Source: Octopus vulgaris (taxonomy: Eukaryota). Taken from it: a stretch of DNA of 64,000 bases. The number at the start of each line of letters is the position of its first letter. The first letter of the stretch is position 1. The notes below the pieces were generated by a model, which worked only from the letters and a program-made list of their open reading frames with translations, did not search any database and was not told the DNA's origin. The stretch covers positions 125,054,001 to 125,118,000 of the forward strand of contig OX597816.1 of assembly GCA_951406725.2 (NCBI GenBank), written 5' to 3'. The position numbers and the translations under genes are program-made. Below, in pieces: positions 53,770-64,000 of the stretch.

Positions 53770-56110
53770 AGTACAACGATCGGTACAAAGATCTGATCTT
53801 TGTACTGTGCTTGATTCCACTAACACTGATTCTGAGGAAAGCAAAAGCTTGGGCTTCATCTTTACCATAAAGTTTGAGGTCATCTACCTTAAATTTTTCT
53901 CTCATTTCTTTCTACATCAATTTATCCATTTCCGGTATCCCCCAGTACTTATAGCCCCTCTCTTCTATTTTCTTCATAACCACTCCCGATGGTATCGCTA
54001 TCCCGTCCATATATTTGATTTTGCCTCCCTTCAAGACTAACACACCACACTTTATCAGTCCGAACTCCATTCTAATATCAGAACTGAAAGTATACATCGT
54101 ATCAACGGGAGAACTGACTTGGGATTCCCATTCACCATAAAGTTTGAGGTCCTCCTTAAATAACAAGTGGTTGACTGTTTGTTGGCGGCTCTTGAATACA
54201 TACCCAGCCATTGCTTTCCTCAGAATCAAGATGCACAGTACAAGGATCAGTCGGGACAGGTAGTCTCCTTGGAAGATGCCTCTCCTGATTTCTATTGTCC
54301 CTAAACTTCTTCCATATGCTGTCAGTTCCGTCCTCCACTTCGCCATACTTTTTGCAAGCAACCGCTCAACATTCGTTGCAATACTAAATAGGTTCATACA
54401 TTCCATAATCCAAGAACGTGGAATCATATCGTACGTCTTACGCTAATCGATCTATGGCATGGCTAAGTTACTTTTCTCCTCTTGCAGACTCAAAGTACAG
54501 TCTTGTCTACCAGGTGATGATCCTTGGTTCCTCTGCACTTACGCTTGCAACCCTTCTGCTCATGTAGCAAGATATCACATTTTCAGATGTCCGTACATTG
54601 ACTCTACTACTATTCCCGTCAATAAATTCTACATAAGAGGCATGTAAGATATCGACCTGTAGTTGGTAACAGTCTTGCTTTTTCGATGCTCTTCAAGCAC
54701 AGCACTCTCCTACCCATTGTCAACTATTCTGGTTTTACCTAGTCGGCATTTAACAAGGTGTTGAGTTGTGAAGCTATTTTTGCAAGAGATTCACTAAATT
54801 GTTTGATCCAAAAGCCTTGAACTCTATCTGGGCCCGGGGCCTTCCGGTTTCCCATTTTTTGACCGATTTTCTTCACTCCCTTCACTAAAATGACTAGTGT
54901 TGCCTATTTTGGACAGACAACTATTTGTTTCAATTCTTGCAACCATTCAGCATCTTTATTCTGCTCCATATTGATTTCTCCAAATGTCACTCCCAAACAT
55001 TTGGCTTTCAATGTTATCTGGTAGCAATTCTTCATCTGTGCACTCTCCATTTATTTCTCTGTAGAATCTCTTCTAATCTATTCTGGATAGCCTATTCTGC
55101 TGGTATCTCTTCATTATTTGGTCGTATCTTATCATTTTTGCTTTCATTGCAACGAGGCGCTGTTTCAGTCCTTCCATTACCACTTTCAGGCCCTTTCGTT
55201 CAATATCATGCTTCCTGTTTAGTGACCTGTATTTTTGTTCGCTTTTAAGCTCTACCTTCTCTTTTCAGTCTAATACAGAAATGTCATTCGGGAGCATGTA
55301 CTCATCTTTTCCACCATAGATATATTCTACTATTATATTTCTTTTTCTTGATATCAGCACCAATATTTTCTGCTACAGCAATTCTTGCTGCCTTGATCAA
55401 ATTATTTGTTTACGTGATGTTTCTTGTCTTGACGTATTTCAGAATTACATTCACATTTTTCGTTTCTTGGTTCAATTTACACCGATCAACCTTTTTAAAT
55501 TTGCAAATAATGTCGCTTTCTCCTGCAGTCTTGCCTTTGTTCTGTCGTAGATTGCCCTTTGCTCATCTATCATGTCACAATTGATTTTATTGTTTTCTCC
55601 CAGACCATCTATATGTCTCACATCGAGCAAGCTAACACTGTTCCTTTCCTGTGGTTTATTAGAGATTTCACCTCTGATTTCTACTATGAGATTACTTTTA
55701 TCAATAGGAACTGTATTTTCATCGTTTCCCCTTGTGCTGTTTTCCAATACCCGTCTTTTTATAGCTTCGAGCTCTACTTCTGTAAACCAACGACTTTTTC
55801 TTATTGCTCGAGCTTGATTACATAATCTCTGTTCCGTGAGGTGAAACAATCCTCTTTCTAGCCATTGATCATACATACATTGTTGGTATCCCTTAATATG
55901 AACACAATTTCGTTGCTCAGGTAGTAACAATCCATGAGCACAGCATTGACTTGTTTTTTCATCTACGCTGTGTGTGCTGGTCCATTGATGGATAACGACG
56001 GGCTGGAATCGAACCATTATCTTTGAGCCTGCCGAGTACAACACTGTCGCCATCAAGGGCTTCAGTTTCATTACCACATTATTCACAATATTTTGTTTTA
56101 TTGTCACTTA
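53770..56110 (-). mobile_element. R4/Dong-like LINE, N-terminal region plus RT, degenerate
   Basis: TEQRLCNQARAIRKSRWFTEVELE (ORF 55472-56107), KAPGPDRVQGFWIK (~54850), RRGIFQGD..HLLFKEDLKLYG..FGLIKC..YKYWG (ORF 53912-54427). Confidence 0.88.
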
Positions 56111-57770
56111 TATGAAGTAGCGATTATAAGGCTGCGCAGTTACCAGTGTTTTTATTGTGACACCATCAATGATTATCATTGTTACTATTATTCTTGTTGT
56201 TATTATTATTAATATTATTATTATATATTTATCTTTTGATTTGCATTCGCGCAAGTTGACTCCCAATCTCACTCAGAAGCCTCAAGAGACAAGTTAAAAT
56301 TTCAAATCTGTATTATGATCAGGGTACACTAATTTTGGCTTTACACAGTGTAGTGGCCTAGAGACCAATACAGAAGAAAATTAAAAGTCTGTTTTAAAAG
56401 TAATTTGGAGATAAGATGATAGTGTGATCACTATCCCACCAACTCTCATGTACTTATGTCTATCTCAAATGCAAGACAAGAACTGTATCTAATAACATTT
56501 AATAATACTACAAAGTAATTGGAGAAAAGCCAGCAGGCTGGTCGCCAGCGGCAGCTCACAAAATAACAATAACAAACATGAAGAAAATGGCTACATTGTT
56601 GCCATAACTACAGACGATGACCACAGGAACAGAGACAGCAACTGTGGTAGTGTTAATCAACGATCGCTACTGGAGAAGTACTTAAAATAATATTAGAATT
56701 AGTAATAACTTTTTCTTCATTAACCACACAGGGCTCAGTAATAATAATATTAATGTAATTCAATTTTTTTATGAAACAAAAAGAAAATCATAACAGTACA
56801 TCAAATCGCTTTCCTATGGTTAATCTGGAAGTGTGTCCCTATGGGGAGAGACAGCCTGGGGTTAAAAAGTCGTCTACTGGCACAAACTCTTCTCCGAATG
56901 CGAACTTGATAATAATTTGAAAGGGAGGGAACTGCCCCAACTCGAACCCTTGGAGATCACTACCAAAACCACCTGAGAAAGAAAAATGAAAGAGCATCAA
57001 ATGGATCTGGGAAGTCTGTAAAGGCGTAATATAAATGCAAAATAAAAAAAAATTAATAGGTAACTATGTAACGAAAGAAATTATACAAGTATTAAAAGTT
57101 GATCTTACTGAGTTAAATGAAATTACTTACGCATCTCCTAAGGCAGTTGAAACCAGTTGTATGCTCAGAAAAAGACAAAAATACCTAGGTAGAAATCTAA
57201 ACTGGAGAAGTATTTATTTTTAACTGTTACATGTGTTTTTGTATTCCATCACCAATGAAAACCCATGTGTTTCGAGGTTGTATACATCAATGTCTTTCTG
57301 AAACGTTATCTTGTGTTAGTATATTACATCTGATTTTTTTGTTGTTTGTGTTGATATTTTTCTGTTTCTTCTGATATGTAGCAATATGATTTTCATGTTA
57401 ATTTGTTGGAGAGTATATTTCAAAATGGCTATGTGATTGGCGATATGTGTCTCACTGTCTGACAATGATTGTGTAGACTACATAGTGTGTAAATTGTGTA
57501 GCATGAATAAGTTGCAGCGCGTTAGAATGTAGGTTGTACGAACAAGTGACATTGAGAGGTTTACGTAGTCATTTCGTAGAAGGATCACAGTTGTGTTGTA
57601 TATTGTATATGATATGGTTTGTGTTGTGCGAAATAGTATATTGTGTGTTGAGCTATATGTTGTGAGTGACCGTTTCTTCGGTATGGGCTCACCACAGCTG
57701 GGCTATTACTTAAAATACATATAACGTTGTTATCACTTGTATAAACTTTGTAATTATTTATCAAACGTAA

Positions 57771-57980
57771 AAGGCGGCGAGCTTGCCGAATCGTTAGCAA
57801 GCCGGGCAAAATGCTTACAGTAATTCATCCATCTTCACGCTCTCCGTTAAAACTCCACTGGCTTTGCTTTTGATCCTTTGGGGTTGATGAAATCAGGACC
57901 ATTTAAACACTGGCACCTATGGAATCGAATAATGCATAACCGCACAAAATTTCAAGCCTTGTACCTATGGTAGTAACAAT
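57771..57980 (+). mobile_element. SINE, same family
   Basis: aaggcggcgagcttgccgaatcgttagc head; flanking tttatca(a/c)acgta direct repeat. Confidence 0.8.
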
Positions 57981-58233
57981 TATTTATCACACGTAGTACT
58001 CCAGCTATTATTGTTTCTGAAGTCTCATTTGTGTCTCAGTCTGCTGGTTATAATTTCAAGAACCCGTCGTCTATTTTTTGTTTTGATTTTTATTTTCATC
58101 TAAGAAAAGTTAACTTTGTTCTTTTTCCTCTAATAAATATAGAAGATTATTGTGACGAGATCATTGTAATGTTTCATATTTGGTATATGTTTAATAATTT
58201 CGTGTCTTTTTCCTAACAAATTATTTACATCTA

Positions 58234-59519
58234 CGAGGGACGTTCAATAAGTAATGTCTCTGACCCATTTGCAGTTGTTTGATCTAGCTGAAAGTTTGCA
58301 TGTGCAATCATGTATATCTCTATAGAGTAAGTGACGAATTACAGCTCTGAACTAATTGTGGTGTCTGATTTACAGGTGTTTGAACTGAGTCAAGTGTGAA
58401 ATGGAGCCTGTTGAGTGTCGAGCAGTGATCCGGTTTTTGTATTTGAAAGGACGTACACCACGGGAGACTTTTGATGAAATGAAAGTAACTTATGGTGATG
58501 ATGCCCCATGATATGACCTTGTAAAATGCTGGCATCGTGAATTCAAACATGGTCGGAACTCTGTGGATACAGCTCCCAGATCTGGTCGCCCCGCTTCTGC
58601 CATTAGAATGGAGTTCTGCCGTCAAGTTGAGGCTGCCATTTTGGAAGATCGACGCATAATTATTCGCCAAATAGCCCATGAGGTCCAGATTAGTACCGGG
58701 TCTGTGCAAACTATCATTCATGCCCATTTGCATATGCAAAAGGTGTCTGCCAGATGGATTCCCAGGTTGCTCACACCTTTCCAGAAGCAAGAACGCGTCG
58801 AGTGCTCGAGGATGAATTTGGAGATGTGCCAAGAAGATGAGTCAAAATTTTTCAAAAGACTGATTACACAGGATGAAGCCTGGGTCCATCACGATGATCC
58901 AGAGACCAAAGCCCAGTCAATGCAGTGGAAACATCGTGACTCACCCCCTCCAAAGAAGGCAAGGGTGCAGCCCTCCGCTGGCAAGGTCATGCTCGCAGTC
59001 TTCTGGGACCAGGACGGTGTAGTGATGACAGATTTCCTGGCAAAGCCTACCACAATTACAGGAGCCTATTATGCTTCACTTTTGAGGAAATTAAGAGAAG
59101 TTATCAAAATCAAGAGGCGGGGCAAGATCAGCAAATGCATCCTCCTCCTGCAGGACAACGCTCCACAACTCGCTTGTCGCCAGATCAGAAGCACAGGCGT
59201 ATGGCTATGAACTCCTCCCCACCCCCCTACTTTCCTGACCTTGCACCCTCTGATTTTCACCTCTTCCCAGTCATGAAGTTGTTTTTGAAAGGAAAGCGTT
59301 TTCCAGATGATGCAGCCTTGATTTCTGAAGTCACGTTGAGGTTGGAGGACCAAGCTAGGTTCTTCTACAAAAACGGTCTCCAGAGCCGCATCAAACAATG
59401 GGAGAACTGCGTAACTCTGGGTGGTTCCTATGTAGAAAAAGACTAATAACTGTGCCAAGTTTCGTTGCTCTACTGCTATGGGAAGTGGGTCAGGGGCATT
59501 ACTTATTGAACGCCCCTCG
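58234..59519 (+). mobile_element. Full-length mariner transposon (1286 bp), same family as 28436-29725, opposite orientation
   Basis: Same TIRs, TA flanks, near-identical transposase. Confidence 0.95.
58401..59446 (+). pseudogene. Mariner transposase pseudogene
   Basis: ATG 58401; premature TGA at 58509-58511; small deletion/frameshift after QDNAP (~59163); ends YVEKD*. Confidence 0.9.
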
Positions 59520-59529
59520 TAAGTGACGT

Positions 59530-61300
59530 TACTGTCGACTAGAATGTATTCAAGAACTAGGAGCTTAAGATAATGTAGCCAGATACCTTATTGTACGGTT
59601 GCATAATCTGCACATAATGCTATGTCTAATGAAGTATGTTCATGCATTGCTTTAATACTTATTGCAGTTATTTCTTTTACCCTGTCTCTAGTATATATCT
59701 GGAGGTTGGTATTATTGATGTGCGAATATCTTATCGAGAGACCACACATTTACAGTTTCTGATATACTATCCAAATGATAAAATACATTTGTTTGTCGTC
59801 TTCTGTGAATCTAATTCAATTGTTCTCAAATATGGCTCTGTCGAGTATTACACATTCATTTGCTTTTTGTTTTATTTCAGCAAGAGCAAGCCTCCTATTG
59901 TGCATTGTATAACTACATTAGATGTTGAAATACCTAAGAATTACTGTTATATTAAGAGATCGGTATGCACACTTTATCTTATTATTATTTTTTTATAATT
60001 TATATTTTCCACAAAATTCCTACGGGACAATCTATGTGATACTATAATACTTTTCTCATATTTTCATAGCTAATTTATTGCATGCACTTACCAAATGTGC
60101 AACATTTTATCATTTTAGCACATATTCCACTGTCTGATAATTTAATGCTTTTTTTTTTTGTCTTTATGGATTCTGATACTGTTTGTTCTCATAGTTTGCT
60201 ATTGTGTTGCAAATGTTAATGATTCACACTCCGGTTTCAGTCTGACTTTTATTTTTATTTAAAAAATCATGATTTATTCATATGTTCATATTAATATAAA
60301 TTTCCAAAAGAATCAGTCCAGCACATCTTATGCTCTTGCGAAGTCATCTGTGTGTTTTGAATTCTCATGATACTATACATTACATTCTGTTAGCTATTCT
60401 AGTTTGCGTAATCTCGACTCAAGTAGTTGCGTACCATTTCTTATGTACGATAATGCAGAATTTTCTCCGCGCTAAATGCGTTTATGACAGCTAATTCTTT
60501 TACTCTGATGTTTTATTGAGGTAATTCCTACTAAATCTTTATTTTTCAAGCTAGCAGTTTCCAAATTTTCTGAAACTGACTTTCACTCTTTTATTCCAAT
60601 TACGATTCGTACACAATAATCGAAGTAACATATAAGCCATGTGTAAGTGAAATTTAAGTTTATCATTTATGATTAGATTTACGCACTTCTTGCAAAGTTC
60701 GAAATGATTTTTATACGTATTTTTATTATCTGCTATTACTCTATTACGACTAAACTTTATAACGCTGTAACTATCTCCTAATGAGATATGCGGTAATTAT
60801 ATTTGACTTTCACCTGTTTCCATTTATTCTCAAAATTTAGTACTTAATTTTGTATCTCAAATTTCATCCTAACACATTCAGCGAAAAAATGAACTTATAT
60901 ACTAAACTTTTCGTTCAATCATAATCCTAGCAAGCACTTCCAAGCCATCTAATTTATTTTATGATGCATACATTTTATAGAGTACCTAGCGCAGATTATT
61001 CATAATTCTGTCATTAACTATACCACACTTCAAAACATGAAAATGTCAGGAGACAGTGGAAAAGCCTCTTTCTTATCAGTCGATCAGTTAAAATCTGACT
61101 TCGTTAATCACCATATTTTCTTTCAACCAATGCTGTTTCCGCTGATGTCACCCAGATTTACCTATAGAAGATTGCCGTATTTAACTATGAAGTCAGAATG
61201 TCATAGAATATAAATTTTATATATATTACTAAATATAATTAATTCATTTAATCACAATTTTAATTTTCACAGCATGTAAACGCCTATGCGTTAAAAAATT
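59530..61300 (-). mobile_element. Very ancient RLE-type non-LTR RT remnant
   Basis: Weak minus motifs AYRSLNITVILRYFNI (~59925-59970), ECVILDRAIFEN (~59820-59860), WIVYQK (~59755-59772) in the expected RT order. Confidence 0.4.
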
Positions 61301-64000
61301 ATATGGTATTTACAAAGTTTCTTACACAAACGTTCTTTCTTGACAGGAAATAATCTTCGTATTGTTTACCGACTCATTCAGTTTACTGGAGACGATTTAC
61401 TTCTGCCCCGATTGTCATTTAGTTTTCCTTCCGAAGTCTTTCATGTCTCTCTGAAATGTTTCTAGTAATTTCATTTCATCACCAACATATGAAATGTGCA
61501 GTTAAAATTTTGATTATGGTCTGAATAACTAAGGAGAAAAAATATCACGTTTTTCGTATGCTGCTTCTGATTTTAGTGACTTATATATAAGAATATATAT
61601 CCACATACACGCTCGCACACACACGCACAACCACACGCATACCATACATAAGAAAATATTAAGATAAGATTCTGACACATTTCTCGAATTCCCATGTTTA
61701 TAGTTGATATATTATGGCTTGCAGAAGTTAAAGCTTTGAAAAAGCATATCTTGGACTAAATCATAATAGAATTAGTGTTAATAGAAAACTGTGATAGATG
61801 CAGAAATTTGTAGTTTCTTTGCACTGCTCTCCTTTTTTGTTGGTGGTGGTGGGAGAATATCCACCTTCGTTAGTTTTCTTGTGATGAGCTTCTCGTCCGT
61901 GCTACAACTTATAACTCTTTACAAGTAAACTAATTTAATAACGAGTAAGTTTGACAACTATTAACATTTCAAAGCATCAATGTAATGTTTTCGTTAAGTC
62001 TGCTCTCCCGAGAACTTTTCAAGTAAAATCTATTATCCATTTCATATCTAGTCTATGTACATGAAACATGCAAAAATACTTCAGGACACTGAAGTTTGGG
62101 GAATCATTATTTATTTGATGCATAGTTCTTTGAAAAATAAATCATTTAGTGTGTAGTCTGCAATACGTTAACTTGTTTTGCCTTACCTATATTCCATGTA
62201 CAATATTCAACATAACAGGAATTAAAAATTACTACACCTTACTATAAAATAGCATCATGGGCACTGTAAAAAGTTTGTTACTATGAGATAAAAAATAAAT
62301 TAGAAGAATGTGGAAAATCAATAACAAAAGCTAATAAAAATATACGAAATTTGAGAAATGATTAAAAAGTGTGTAAAATATGGAACATTTGACAATATTT
62401 TTCAAAAATAAATTGTTAAATAATAGATCATTTGACAGACAAATAAATTATGAAACACAGCCATTTCTTTTTCACTTTTCCCCTCAGACAATATTTATTA
62501 TGGACAATAGTAATAAATAGTACTACATGTACGGCGAAATATTCTTACTTTTAAAAATGATGAAAAGTGATTGCAAAATAATTCATAAATTTAAAACTAT
62601 ATAAGTACAAATGCATTTGGAATGCAAAAAAGTATTTTCGATCGTTTGTTATTCAGTTTCTACCCACAGATAAGATATGTGAAGTCGCAATTATTGATAT
62701 TTCAGCTTAGGTTTAAAGATGATTATATGCCTTTGAAAAGCAACGAAAATCATGTTACGGTAAACTAGGAAAATTGAAAAAACTGAAGACAGTTTGCAGT
62801 AGCAATAACAAACTCGAAGATCTCGTGTCATGCCGATCAAATACATTTCTACTTATGAAAAAACATCTGTATTCTAAACTTCACGAAATCTCATTTTGAT
62901 GTACTTCATTAGTCCATTTTCTAAGTTGTATAACATTTTGTCAGTTGGTTTAGTATCAGTATGAATGCTTGTATATGTGGCCATCTGAAAGAGATGAGTG
63001 TGATAAGAACAACGACCTCTGACAGACAAAAATTTTATAAAATTCAAACAAAACGTAACAGATAGTACAAATGAAAACCATATTATTTGATCCGCGGTTA
63101 AATAGAGAATTCATACTCTGGATTTAATTTTTTAAATACAACAGAATATACAAAATTCATCAGCAGAGAGATAAACTAATTATAACATATAATGAATGGT
63201 TACAATGTACACACATAATTGGACATGACTACAAAGCTAAACTGAATTGTTATCATGGGCTACAAATGAATATGCGTCAATATTGAGGCATATTTTGCAG
63301 CTATAATTTACTGTCCAAAGCTTACCTACAGAAGCACGCCTGAGTAACATTTATTAGTATATACACAATATCTAAAGAAAAAATAACCATGTTCTGAAAG
63401 TAATTTTGGTCTTAACAAACTAGACAGTATAAACAAATAACTAAATATTTATAATATACAAATGTTAATAAAGCAAAATCTATTTCAACAATAAACAGTA
63501 AACCTCCACACGAAAGGAGGCACAGCGCAAAAGGCAGTCGCTAAAACTCAATGAAAAGCAATTGCACTTCATTTCAAAGCATATATTTTTCAAATGAGAA
63601 GCGATTTTATTAACGTAAAAGTGAAATATAAAAACGAAATGCAATATCATCAGTAAAATAAACAAATTATATATGTGGGTGAATTAAGGCAATGTGTAGA
63701 ATACAAAAGGAATACAATCATAAGAAGTAATAGTGAGTCAAGAAGTAATCCATACACTACAATACGCAAAACAAGTTTCAGACACTCTTGGAAGCAATTT
63801 CTATACTTCTGATTAGAATATATAACTGATACACTCGTGTACTTAAAATCGTATGCAATAAGGAAAATTTGTCATTTGTGTTTTGTTTAATCCGTGTTTG
63901 TGGAGACTGTTAAAATCTAGTAATTCATATATCGCATGACTAGTACTAAATTTATGTAAGTCAAATTCATTGAATACGCCTACCAAATCATCCCTAAATC

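Overview
AT-rich animal genomic DNA with no recognisable host gene, rRNA, true tRNA or CRISPR array. The dense (TA)n/(CA)n/(ATT)n/(CAT)n microsatellites and the SINE families suggest an octopus/coleoid cephalopod (inference from recalled repeat families). The window is a nested transposon graveyard. It holds several mariner (DD34D) copies and MITEs, many R4/Dong-like (restriction-like endonuclease) non-LTR remnants sitting in (AAT)n tracts, an RTE remnant, a young 5'-truncated CR1-group LINE, a Tx1/L1-like fragment, Ty3/gypsy remnants and tRNA-derived SINEs. Most ORFs in the supplied track are microsatellite artefacts or TE fragments. Signals not explained by routine annotation: (i) several hammerhead-ribozyme-like motifs in the first 14 kb, one with complete type I topology; (ii) a perfect 137-bp-arm palindrome; (iii) a decayed minus-strand reading frame upstream of an ancient R4-like RT that shows an ordered set of N6-adenine methyltransferase-like motifs including NPPY (speculative); (iv) a marked minus-strand bias of TE remnants. 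All calls are by eye, and boundaries of old elements are approximate.
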